Source: an uncultured delta proteobacterium (GTDB lineage Bacteria; Myxococcota; Myxococcia; Myxococcales; Myxococcaceae). From it: a stretch of DNA of 64,000 bases. The notes under the pieces are model-generated. The model ran no database searches. It had not been told where the DNA came from and saw nothing but the letters and a program-made list of their open reading frames with translations. Location of the stretch: the NCBI GenBank assembly GCA_963796055.1, contig CAWCKH010000004.1:1312001-1376000 (forward strand). The letters run 5' to 3'. Shown piece after piece: positions 33,206-45,005 of this stretch. Every line of letters begins with the position of its first letter. Positions within the stretch are counted from its first letter, which is position 1. The position numbers were made by a program, and so were the translations under genes.

Positions 33206-34054
33206 CTACGAGCGCAAGGGGAGACTCCGCTCGAGCGTGGCCAGCCGGGCCATCGTCTCGGAGTACAGGGTGTCCAGCTTGCTATGGAGCTGCGTCACCT
33301 CGAGCCCGGCCTTGATGTTGGCCGCGTACTCCACGTCACTGCGGATCCGATCGCCCGCCGCCTGCCGGTTCTGGGCGATGAGCACGAAGCAGCTGAGAAA
33401 GATGCTCTCCAGCGAGACCGCCATGGTGAGGAACCCAAAAGGGAACGGGTCGAAGGATGGCACGCGAGGGAGCAGGCGGAGGTTCCAGACGATCCACACC
33501 AGGAACAGCATGGCGTGAAGGACGAGGAAGGGGATGCTCCCGCTGAACTCGGCCAGCCACTCGGCGACCCGCTGCACGCCGGTCCGCTGGTGCTCCACCT
33601 CCTGGTTGGGTGAGACGGTGGACTGCGACTGGAGGAGCCGGTCCGCCTCGCGCAGCCGCTTGCCGATCACCGTGAGGAGGTCGAGCGCCGCGCCGGGGTG
33701 CTTCTGGAAGAGCCCCTCCAGCGCCGCGCGATCGATCTCCACCGCACGGGTGGGCTCGGCCGCGACGGCGTCGGCGGTCCGCTCGCGGCCATCGAGCAGC
33801 GACAGCTCACCGAAGAAGTCGCCCCGACCGAGGAGGCCCAGGAGCACGCGCTTCCCGGTGGTGGTGTCGACCGAGATCTCCACCGCGCCCCGGGCGATGA
33901 CGTAGAGGGCCGCACCCGGGTCGCCGCGCCGGAAGATGCGGGTGCCGGCGGGGAAATCGCAGAGGTGCATCGCGGTGGCGAGCGTGGCGCGCTCGGTGGA
34001 ATCCAGCGCCTGGAACAGCGGGACTTCGGCCAGCAGTGATTCCTCGGCAGCCAT
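33206..34054 (-). CDS. Cyclic-nucleotide-binding + DUF1003 membrane protein
   Basis: FFGELSLLDG..RTAD; FDPFPFGFLT..VSLE.IFLS..VLIAQNRQ. Confidence 0.92.
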   Translation of the reverse strand: MAAEESLLAEVPLFQALDSTERATLATAMHLCDFPAGTRIFRRGDPGAALYVIARGAVEISVDTTTGKRVLLGLLGRGDFFGELSLLDGRERTADAVAAEPTRAVEIDRAALEGLFQKHPGAALDLLTVIGKRLREADRLLQSQSTVSPNQEVEHQRTGVQRVAEWLAEFSGSIPFLVLHAMLFLVWIVWNLRLLPRVPSFDPFPFGFLTMAVSLESIFLSCFVLIAQNRQAAGDRIRSDVEYAANIKAGLEVTQLHSKLDTLYSETMARLATLERSLPLRS

Positions 34055-34119
34055 GCGGGGGCCTCCCTCGACCCCCGGTTCTGCCACGCCTGCCGCGCGC
34101 CGGCTGCGGCCGCCCCGAC

Positions 34120-34392
34120 CTACCGACTGCCGCCCACCCCACGACGCTCGCTCGAGCCACGGCGGCCCCGGGCGTGGACGAAGGTCCCCGCCAGCGCGAT
34201 CAGCATCCCCAGAAAGCCAGCGAGATCGACGCCACCCGGCTCTGCCGCCGCTGCGGCGATGGGGGTGGCCTCGGGACCGGGGCTGGAAGCGCGAATCCGG
34301 GCTGCCCGCCGGTCCTCACGGGGCGGCCCCGCCACTGCCGGAAGCGAGAGGAGGACCAGACAGAGCGCGCAGCGACGGAGCCGGAAAGACAT
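34120..34392 (-). CDS. Possible small exported protein with C-terminal membrane anchor
   Basis: Signal-peptide-like N-terminus, Pro/Ala linker, hydrophobic segment followed by basic residues. Confidence 0.4.
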   Translation of the reverse strand: MSFRLRRCALCLVLLSLPAVAGPPREDRRAARIRASSPGPEATPIAAAAAEPGGVDLAGFLGMLIALAGTFVHARGRRGSSERRGVGGSR

Positions 34393-34475
34393 CGATGGGG
34401 GTCTGCCGATTGTCGCCGACGCGACGGGACCCCGTCACCCGTCCCGGGGTCGCATCCAACGTGGGGTGCTGTCGC

Positions 34476-35000
34476 TCAACGTCCCAGCTTCACCAGCTCG
34501 TTGCGGCAGATGTGGCAGAGCGACGGCTGCTGGCGGTCCACGTCCGCCAGCGAGGTTGCGGCGAACATCGCGCAGCGCGCGTCCTCGCAGTAGCTCAGAC
34601 CCACCAGGTGTCCGGCCTGGTGCAGTCCCTGGATCTGCACCCGTCGCCGGAAGGTGGCGTCGTCCGCGCCCTGGCGGAGCCGGGCGACGCTGAGGATGGC
34701 CACCCGGGACTCGCGGTCCGCCTCGCCGAAGACGAAGGGGCTGTCCGGGACGAAGAGGTCCACGTCCGTCACCCCGAGCACCGTGCCCTCCCGGTCCAGG
34801 AGCGGGACCAGGCGGCGCATGATGGCGTTGGAGTGGTACTGGTTCCGGTCCTTGTTGAAGGCGTAGGCGGGGGAGGTCAGGCCTGGCTTCCCGTAGCCCA
34901 CCGTGAGGCCGAGCTGGGCGGTCAGAGGGGCCTCGAGTTCCCGCAGGAGGCTCAGCGGGGCGTTTCCGATGGGGACCAGCTCAAGCACTCGGGGACCCAC
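34476..35000 (-). CDS. Archaemetzincin-like protein (non-catalytic motif)
   Basis: RNQY, GVTDVDL, FVFGEA, HQAGHLVGLSYC, CAM, C..C. Confidence 0.88.
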   Translation of the reverse strand: MGPRVLELVPIGNAPLSLLRELEAPLTAQLGLTVGYGKPGLTSPAYAFNKDRNQYHSNAIMRRLVPLLDREGTVLGVTDVDLFVPDSPFVFGEADRESRVAILSVARLRQGADDATFRRRVQIQGLHQAGHLVGLSYCEDARCAMFAATSLADVDRQQPSLCHICRNELVKLGR

Positions 35001-35030
35001 GGACAGACCCTCCTACACAAGGCGGCGAGG

Positions 35031-35101
35031 CTGGGGCGCAAGGATTCGAACCTTGATAGTCAAATCCAAAGTCTGACGTCCTGCCGTTAGACGACGCCCC
35101 A
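35031..35101 (-). tRNA. tRNA-Gln (TTG)
   Basis: TGGGGCG/CGCCCCA acceptor stem, anticodon loop CT-TTG-GA, GGTTCGAATCC T-arm; followed by CCT, so CCA is not fully encoded. Confidence 0.96.
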
Positions 35102-35178
35102 GTACGGTCGACGACCCGTCCAGGGAGCATAAGGGCTTCTCCGGCCCGCCCCAACCAAAGCGAGCAGGGGGGCGACCG

Positions 35179-38330
<3,152 letters not shown>

Positions 38331-38418
38331 TCACAAGCCTGCGGCAGTGCCCCAAGCTACCGCCCTCTCTAGGGAATTTGGCTCCTAGCACCCCTCCCAC
38401 GACGCGCCTCGGAGACCC

Positions 38419-38871
38419 TCAGGCATCGGCCCGCGGAGCGCCCTCCGGACGGCTCAAAACCCGGCCCAGATCGGCGAACACCGCCGGGTCCGAGAACAGG
38501 GCCCGGGGCAGCTCGCACCGCGTTCCATCGGTCAAGGTGAGGACCCAGCGGGGGGCCCAGCGGCCGATCTCCTCCACGGCCTTGATCTGCGGCCAGAGCA
38601 CCAGCTCGGTCCTCCCGTCCAGCGGACGAGCGATCTCGGCGCCGGCGAGGTCCACCCGCACCCCGAAGCCCTGGCGGGGCCGCAGCCGCCAGGAGAGCCA
38701 GGCGAAGGCTCCGCTGAGCGCGAGCGCCGCCACGGCGCGCGCCGAGGCTGTCGGGCGGCCGTGTCCGGCCCGGACCAGGGCTGCGGCGCCCAGCGCCGCG
38801 GCGAGGACGGCGAGCCCCGCCAGCACGGCCCGGAGCCTGGTCGGTCGGTAAGGAAAAAATCTGGGCGTCAT
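38419..38871 (-). CDS. Hypothetical membrane protein
   Basis: Two TM helices plus a small domain; ATGA overlap with the recF stop. Confidence 0.72.
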   Translation of the reverse strand: MTPRFFPYRPTRLRAVLAGLAVLAAALGAAALVRAGHGRPTASARAVAALALSGAFAWLSWRLRPRQGFGVRVDLAGAEIARPLDGRTELVLWPQIKAVEEIGRWAPRWVLTLTDGTRCELPRALFSDPAVFADLGRVLSRPEGAPRADA

Positions 38872-39998
38872 GCGGTGCGGGCCGGGCGGAGGCGAGCATC
38901 CTCCGTCACCTCTCCGGAGTCGACGCGGAGCCAGAGCGTGTCCGGCCCCGCGGCGCGGGCGACCAGCGACGCATCGGTGGTGGTGAGCAGCACCTGGGCG
39001 AGGCTCTCGGCCACGGTGTGCATGAGAAAGGCGTTGCGTTCGGGGTCGAGCTCGCTGGAGACGTCGTCGAGCAGGAGCAGGGGGGGTCTCCCGAAGGCCT
39101 CACGCACGTTCTCGATCTCGGCGATCTTCCAGCCGAGCACCAGCGCGCGTCCCTGGCCCTGAGACGCGTATGCCCGCGCGCTCCGGCCGGCGAGCGTGAG
39201 CTGGAGATCATCCGCGTGAGGTCCCACCGAGGTGAAGCCCCGCTCGCGATCCCGCGAGAGGCGCTCGGCAAGCGCGTGCCGGAGCGCGCCCTCCAGCCCC
39301 TCCTCGGTCTGCGGATGGTGCGCCCCGAGATGGAGCGCGGTGTAGCCCACGTCGACGTCGGGCAGCTGGGAGACGGCTCGCACCGCCGAGACCGCCCGCG
39401 GACCGAGCTCGTCCAGGAGGACGCGCCGGCGGACCAGGACCCGCGCGCCGGTCCTGGCCAGCGCCTCGTCGTACGCCTCGACGTAGCTTGCCGCGGCGTT
39501 CTCCTTGAGCAGCCGGTTCCGGCTCTTCAGCGCGCGCTGGTAGGCCCGGTGCTCGCGGAGGTAGGCCGGGAAGCGGTTGAAGACCGCGCGGTCCAGGAAG
39601 GCCCGGCGCACCTCGGGCCCGCCCTTCACCACCGCCAGGTCGTCGGGCGTGAAGGCGACGACGCTCATCCCACCGAAGTAGTCCTCGAGCCTGGCCGCCT
39701 TCTTCCCGTCCACGAAGGCCTGCCGGACTCCGGCAGCCACCTGGACCGAGATCTCCCGCTCGGCGCCGCCCAGGGTGAAGCGTCCGGTGACCGTGGCCTG
39801 CTCGGTCCCGAAGCGCACCAGCTCGGAGAGGCGATTGGCGCGCAGCGGCCGCAGGGTGCAGAGGAAGTAGACCGCCTCGAGCAGGCTGGTCTTGCCCTGC
39901 CCGTTGCTTCCCACCACCACGGTGGCGTGAGGGGACGGCCGGATGGAGACCGAGCGGAGATTGCGAAAGTCGGCGACTTGGAGACGCTCGAGGAGCAC
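38868..39998 (-). CDS. recF: DNA replication/repair protein RecF
   Basis: FRNL, GSNGQGKTS, GPHADDL, SQGQ, LLLDDVSSELD. Confidence 0.97.
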   Translation of the reverse strand: MLLERLQVADFRNLRSVSIRPSPHATVVVGSNGQGKTSLLEAVYFLCTLRPLRANRLSELVRFGTEQATVTGRFTLGGAEREISVQVAAGVRQAFVDGKKAARLEDYFGGMSVVAFTPDDLAVVKGGPEVRRAFLDRAVFNRFPAYLREHRAYQRALKSRNRLLKENAAASYVEAYDEALARTGARVLVRRRVLLDELGPRAVSAVRAVSQLPDVDVGYTALHLGAHHPQTEEGLEGALRHALAERLSRDRERGFTSVGPHADDLQLTLAGRSARAYASQGQGRALVLGWKIAEIENVREAFGRPPLLLLDDVSSELDPERNAFLMHTVAESLAQVLLTTTDASLVARAAGPDTLWLRVDSGEVTEDARLRPARTA

Positions 39999-41104
39999 TA
40001 CACCCGCATCGGCATGACCACCGCGGTGTAGCTGCGATCGCCCGGCGCGTGCAGGACGCCCGGGCTGTGATCGTCCCCCAGCTCGAAGGAGACCTCGTCC
40101 CCCTCGAGCACCGCGAGCACATCGGTCAGGTAGCGGGCGTTGAAGCCGATGGTGATGTCGCCGGCGTCGTACTGGACCTCGAGGTCGTCCTTGGCCTCGC
40201 CCAGGTCCGGGTTCTGCGCGCTGATCCGCAGCTGGTTGGCGGTGAGGCCGATCTTCACCGCATTCGACTTGTCGACGCTGAGGAGCGCGATTCGCTTGAG
40301 CGCCTCGGTGAAGCGGATGCGAGGGACCAGCACCTTGCGATCGCCTTCCTTGGGGATGACGCGCTGGTACTCGGGGAACTGCCCGTCGATGAGCCGCATC
40401 ACCATGGTGAGGCCGGGTTTCTTGAACAGCGCCGAGTTCTCGGCGAAGCCCAGCGCGCACTCGGCATCGGGTGCCTCGTCGAGCAGCCGGCGGAGCTCGT
40501 GCAGGCCCTTGCGGGGGATGATGACCCCGCCCTTGAGCTTGAAGTCCCCGGAGAGCTCGCGTTCCACCAGGGCGAGCCGGTGACCGTCGGTGGCCACCAT
40601 GCGTACTTTCCCGCCCGTGCGCGGCTCGAAGAAGACGCCGTTGAGGATGTAGCGGGTCTCGTCGGTGGAGATGGCGAAGGCCGTCTTGCGGATCATCTCC
40701 AGCAGGACCGGCCCGGGCACCGTGACCAGATGCGCGTTCTCCTCCCTGGGGAGCTTGGGGTACTCCTCGGGAGACATTCCGACGATCTTGAAGTGCGCGC
40801 TGCCGCTCTGGAGCTCGGCGTACTGGTTGGGGAGCTTTCGCACCGTGACCTGCGGCTCGGGCAGGTTCTGCACGATGTCGAAGACGGTCTTCGCCGAGAG
40901 GGTGAGGCTGCCGGGCTTGGTCACCTCGGCGGGGTGCTCGCTGACGATGCCCACGTCGAGGTCGAAGGCGGTGATCTGCACCCCGGTCTTCGTCGCGTTG
41001 ACGAGCACGTTGGAGAGGATGGGCATCGTGGTCTTGCGCTCCACGATCCCCTGGGCCCGGTACAGCGCTCGCTTCAGCTCCTCCGCAGCGATGCGGAATT
41101 CCAT
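39998..41104 (-). CDS. dnaN: DNA polymerase III beta clamp
   Basis: TMPILSNV, ATDGHRLA, RLIDGQFPEY, GFNARYL, VMPMR. Confidence 0.98.
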   Translation of the reverse strand: MEFRIAAEELKRALYRAQGIVERKTTMPILSNVLVNATKTGVQITAFDLDVGIVSEHPAEVTKPGSLTLSAKTVFDIVQNLPEPQVTVRKLPNQYAELQSGSAHFKIVGMSPEEYPKLPREENAHLVTVPGPVLLEMIRKTAFAISTDETRYILNGVFFEPRTGGKVRMVATDGHRLALVERELSGDFKLKGGVIIPRKGLHELRRLLDEAPDAECALGFAENSALFKKPGLTMVMRLIDGQFPEYQRVIPKEGDRKVLVPRIRFTEALKRIALLSVDKSNAVKIGLTANQLRISAQNPDLGEAKDDLEVQYDAGDITIGFNARYLTDVLAVLEGDEVSFELGDDHSPGVLHAPGDRSYTAVVMPMRV

Positions 41105-41299
41105 GTGCCCATCGTCTCCTGCGGAGGAGACATTCGAAGACTCCGCCCGCGCGCGACGTGTAGCCCGCAGCGGCAGGTGCGTCAAACGTGGTCGGAGCCT
41201 CCGAGGCCGGGCCGGAACGGAGGCGAGGAGAGCGAATCGGGCGGGCCGTGAATACACAAACCAGCGGAAAGTCTTGGTCCTGCAGGATAGAGATTGATT

Positions 41300-41316
41300 T
41301 TGAGACTCGTTCTCAA
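41300..41316. promoter_or_regulatory. Fur-box-like inverted repeat
   Basis: TTGAGA-CTCGT-TCTCAA in an AT-rich patch just upstream of the cytochrome c gene. Confidence 0.55.
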
Positions 41317-41333
41317 TAAACCCAGGATCTCCG

Positions 41334-41738
41334 ATGGCTCGTCGTCTCCTCCTCGCCTCCGTCGTGCTTGGCACGGTGCTGGTCCTGGCCTGCGCGCACG
41401 CGGGATTCGTCCCCCAGCCCACGCTCCTGGACGTGGAGCGCGTCCAGCCGGTGGACCCGGGGCTGAGCCTCGCGGACATGCAGGCCGGACGCGCGGCGTA
41501 TCTCCAGCGATGCAGCAGCTGCCATCCGGTGCACGGGCCCGGTGAGTACCGGGGAGATCAGTGGCCGGAGCTGCTCGCCCGGATGCAGCGAGAGAAGAAG
41601 ATCAAGATCCCGGAGCACGACCGGGTGCTGATCGCGCGTTACCTGGTCGCGTTCAGCTCCACTGCGCCAAGACCGATCGATGCGGGTGTGATGGGTCCAG
41701 GGCTGGTGGGAAGCGCTCAGCCATCGGCGTCGCGCTAG
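41334..41738 (+). CDS. Small monoheme cytochrome c, probable lipoprotein
   Basis: VLAC lipobox, G...Y..RCSSCH, W...L.RM. Confidence 0.85.
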   Translation: MARRLLLASVVLGTVLVLACAHAGFVPQPTLLDVERVQPVDPGLSLADMQAGRAAYLQRCSSCHPVHGPGEYRGDQWPELLARMQREKKIKIPEHDRVLIARYLVAFSSTAPRPIDAGVMGPGLVGSAQPSASR

Positions 41739-41860
41739 GTCAGGGCGGCCGCAGCCGAGATCCGGATCAGGGGTCCTCGGGCCCTATGGTCGGTGAGCTC
41801 AGGGCGGCCGCAGTCCGCGTGGGCTGGCGGCCACAGGCGAGGTCCCGGGTCAGGGTCCTT
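41736..41860 (+). repeat. Dispersed copy of the 50.2-kb repeat element
   Basis: 41736-41815 aligns with 50228-50308 at about 85% identity by eye. Confidence 0.85.
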
Positions 41861-41934
41861 GCTCAGGACGGCCCTAGTTCGCGTGGTCTGGGCAGGCGCA
41901 GTCGGCTAGGCATCGCCCAACGTGCTGGCAACCG

Positions 41935-42295
41935 CTGTGGCTTCAGAAGAGTTAGATAATGGATCTTAGGGGTAGTGGAAGCCGGTGGCGCGGACTTGTG
42001 GAGACTCGCATAAGCCACCAGCGCTGCTGCGGATTCTGATCCAGGGACTTGTGGACAACGGCCGTGGTTCTCCACGGCGTCACACAGTCGTCGCTGTGCA
42101 GACGTGGAGTCTCCACATCTGTTCCGTGCGTACCCCCAGGGGATCACGGAAGTTTCAGACACCAGCCTCGAACACGATCTCCCCACAAGTTCCGGACAAC
42201 ATGGTCCTCGCGCAGGGCTGTCGACATGCCAGTGACAGCCTGCGCACCGGGAACACCCAACATCTCCACAGTGTGGGCGCCGGTGGAAAACACCA
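41935..42295. other. Probable replication origin oriC
   Basis: Lies between dnaA and dnaN; DnaA-box-like 9-mers at 41997, 42050, 42068, 42095, 42109, 42179, 42262, 42282; AT-richer patch 41942-41975. Confidence 0.8.
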
Positions 42296-42343
42296 TCGAG
42301 GTTGGCTTGAGTCCGGCCACGCATGGTGGGGTGCTGCTGACGG

Positions 42344-42645
42344 ATGGCTCTGGCTCCGATCACTGCCACGCGCACGGAGCGTGAGCGACCGCTCCCGGGG
42401 GACGCGCTCGCTCCGACTGGGTCCTCTCGGTGACGCACGCGATCATCATCGATGCCGCACCGGAGCGTGGATCGACGCCGCCAGGCAGGCAGGAAGGCCG
42501 GAGCAACCGCTCTTGATCATCGAGCGGGTCTACCGGCTGCTCGCCAGACTGCCACGACCGGTCCTGTTCGCGGTCGCCGGCCTCGGTCACCGATTCATGG
42601 AAGCCCGGCATCTGCGAGGCATCAAGCGGCGCGCCGAGCTCACGC
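42344..42645 (+). pseudogene. Remnant of an SRPBCC-like gene
   Basis: ATRTERERPLPGD, THAIIIDAAPE and HRFMEARHLRGIKRRAE pieces lie in three different frames. Confidence 0.7.
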
Positions 42646-42683
42646 GCTGCTGCTTCATCGGGGCCGGTCGCTCCAGGCCCGTT

Positions 42684-44042
42684 TCAGCCCGGGCCGAGCT
42701 TGCTCTCCAGCTCGTCCAGCTCCTTGCGGATGCCGGCGTCGATCTCCCGCTGTCGCTCGACCTTGCGTACCGAGGAGATGACGGTGGAGTGGTCCTTGTT
42801 GAAGCGGGCGGCGATCTCCGGGAACGAGCTGCGGGTCAGCTTCCGGGCGAGGTACATCGCCACCTGTCGCGCGTGAGCCAGCTGCTTGGTCCGGCGGTCC
42901 GCCCGGAGCTCCTCGACCGCCACCTTGAAGTAGCGCGCCGTCTCCCGCTGGATGTGGTCGATGTCGATCGGCCGCTGGGCCGGGAGGATGTCCCGCAGGA
43001 CCTGGGCGGCGAACTCCTCGGTCACCGGCTGCCCGGTGAGGCTGTGCACCGCGGAGATCTTGATCAGCGCGCCCTCGAGCTCACGGACGTTCTTCTGCAC
43101 GTGCTTGGCGATGAAGTGGCAGACGTTGTCCGGGAGCTCGAAGCCGTCGGCCTCGGCCTTCTTCTTGAGGATGGCGACGCGCGTCTCGTAGTTCGGCTCC
43201 TGGATGTCGGTGATCAGCCCCATCGTGAACCGGCTCCGCAGCCGGTCCTCGAGGCCGGGGATCTCCGCCGGCACCGCGTCGGAGGTGAGAACGATGGCCT
43301 TCGACATCTCGTGGAGCGCGTTGAAGGTGTAGAAGAACTCTTTCTGCGTCTCCTCGCGCTTGCCGAGGAACTGGATGTCGTCGATCAGCAGGACGTCGCA
43401 CTCGTCGCGGAACTTGCGGCGGAAGTCCGTCATCTTGTGGTCGCGGACGCTCTCCACGAACTCGTTGGTGAACTCCTCGCTGGAGAGGTAGACGATCCGC
43501 GCCGCCGGGTTCTTGGAGAAGATGGCGTTGCCCACCGCGTGCAGCAGGTGCGTCTTGCCCAGCCCGGTGCCCCCGTAGATGAAGAGAGGGTTGTACGCCC
43601 GGCCCGGGCTCTCGGCGACGGCAGCGGCCGCGGCGGCGGGGAGCTGGTTGCTCTCGGCCACCACGTAGTTCACGAAGGTGAAGCGCTCGTTGAGTCGCGG
43701 GGGACGGGGCGCCGAGCTGGAGGCGCGACCGGACGTCGACGCCGGGACGCTCGTATCGCCCGGCGGCGTGCCCACTACCTCGTAGCCGATCCCCATCGAG
43801 CCCCCGTGCACGCGGGAGATCGCGTCCTCGAGGAGTGGCCGGTAGTGGTCGTCCACCCAGTCGCGGAAGAAGCGGTCCGGAACGCCGAGGATCAGCGCCC
43901 CGTCGCGGACCTCGAGCGCCTGCATCCGGTCGAGCCAGGTGAGCGCATAAGACTTGCCGTCCTCGCGAAGCAGAGCGAGCGTCTTTTCCCAGAGTTCATC
44001 GGCAGTTGCGGGCACGGGCGACTGCTCGGGAGAAGCCGACAC
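42684..44042 (-). CDS. dnaA: Chromosomal replication initiator DnaA
   Basis: YNPLFIYGGTGLGKTHL, LLIDDIQF, RLRSRF, NVRELEGAL, RQVAMYL, KDHSTV; GTG start after GAGGT. Confidence 0.98.
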   Translation of the reverse strand: MSASPEQSPVPATADELWEKTLALLREDGKSYALTWLDRMQALEVRDGALILGVPDRFFRDWVDDHYRPLLEDAISRVHGGSMGIGYEVVGTPPGDTSVPASTSGRASSSAPRPPRLNERFTFVNYVVAESNQLPAAAAAAVAESPGRAYNPLFIYGGTGLGKTHLLHAVGNAIFSKNPAARIVYLSSEEFTNEFVESVRDHKMTDFRRKFRDECDVLLIDDIQFLGKREETQKEFFYTFNALHEMSKAIVLTSDAVPAEIPGLEDRLRSRFTMGLITDIQEPNYETRVAILKKKAEADGFELPDNVCHFIAKHVQKNVRELEGALIKISAVHSLTGQPVTEEFAAQVLRDILPAQRPIDIDHIQRETARYFKVAVEELRADRRTKQLAHARQVAMYLARKLTRSSFPEIAARFNKDHSTVISSVRKVERQREIDAGIRKELDELESKLGPG

Positions 44043-44261
44043 GTGAGGCGACCTCGGGGGGAAACCACCGGTCCTGTGGCGCGGGGGGCGGGGGGCGTGT
44101 TGTACGACTTCCCGCGGCCGGTTGGGGATCAAAAACGTGCGGCCCGGGCACCGTGACCAGGGCGATCCGTCCATCAGGCCTCATTGACTCGGTCGCGCGG
44201 CCTGGGTTATGCGCGCGGCCCTCCCCAAAGTCCCAACCAGAGTCCCTCGGAGCATCGCCCC

Positions 44262-44414
44262 GTGTCGAAGCGCACGTACCAGCCGTCCAAGTTGAAACGG
44301 AACCGGACCCACGGCTTCCGGAAGCGAAACAGCACCCGCGCCGGCCAGGACGTCCTCCGTCGTCGCCGCGCCAAGGGCCGCAAGCGTCTGGCCGTGTCCG
44401 CGGCCAAGAAGTAG
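44262..44414 (+). CDS. rpmH: 50S ribosomal protein L34
   Basis: [25 protein letters not shown]. Confidence 0.98.
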   Translation: MSKRTYQPSKLKRNRTHGFRKRNSTRAGQDVLRRRRAKGRKRLAVSAAKK

Positions 44415-44416
44415 GG

Positions 44417-44767
44417 TTGGCCGCGGCGTTTCCCAGGGAGGCTCGCCTCCTCAAGCGCCGCGACTTCCTGGAGGTCCAGGAACGGGGAAGGAAGGTGACC
44501 GCCGGTCCTCTGCTGGGGCTGGTGGTGGCGAGCCCGGACGGAGCGTCCCGGCTCGGACTCACGGTGTCGAGCAAGGTGGGGACGGCGGTGGTGCGAAACG
44601 CCGTCAGACGTCGGCTGCGCGAGCTGTTTCGCAAGCGGCGCGACCGATGGCCAGGAGGAATGCACCTGGTGGTGGTGGCCCGTCCGAGTGCCAGGGAAGC
44701 CAGCTACGCGGCGCTGGAGCGCGCCGCGGATGCCCTGCTCTCCGCGTTAGAGAACTCACTCCGTTGA
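44417..44767 (+). CDS. rnpA: Ribonuclease P protein component
   Basis: [25 protein letters not shown]. Confidence 0.95.
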   Translation: MAAAFPREARLLKRRDFLEVQERGRKVTAGPLLGLVVASPDGASRLGLTVSSKVGTAVVRNAVRRRLRELFRKRRDRWPGGMHLVVVARPSAREASYAALERAADALLSALENSLR

Positions 44768-45000
44768 AGCTGCTCGCCTTCCTGCTCTCCTTGCCCGTCC
44801 ACCTCTACCGGTGGACCCTCTCCCCGCTGCTGCCGCGGGCGTGCCGGTTCCATCCGTCGTGCTCGGCGTATGCCCTCGAGGCGCTGCGGGAGCACGGGCC
44901 GTTCCGCGGCTTCCTCCTCGCCGTACGCCGGCTCGGCCGGTGTCATCCCTTCAACCCCGGGGGGCTCGATCCCGTCCCGCCCCGCCCAGGGAGGATCTGA
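44764..45000 (+). CDS. yidD: Membrane protein insertion efficiency factor YidD
   Basis: [23 protein letters not shown]. Confidence 0.95.
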   Translation: MKLLAFLLSLPVHLYRWTLSPLLPRACRFHPSCSAYALEALREHGPFRGFLLAVRRLGRCHPFNPGGLDPVPPRPGRI

Positions 45001-45005
45001 ATCTC

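Noticed and set aside
35031..35101. tRNA as an integration site for an island
   Set aside because: I noticed no duplicated tRNA 3' end and no integrase.
41985..44156. 723-aa + strand ORF across oriC
   Set aside because: It is a composite of origin DNA, the pseudogene tail and the antisense of dnaA.
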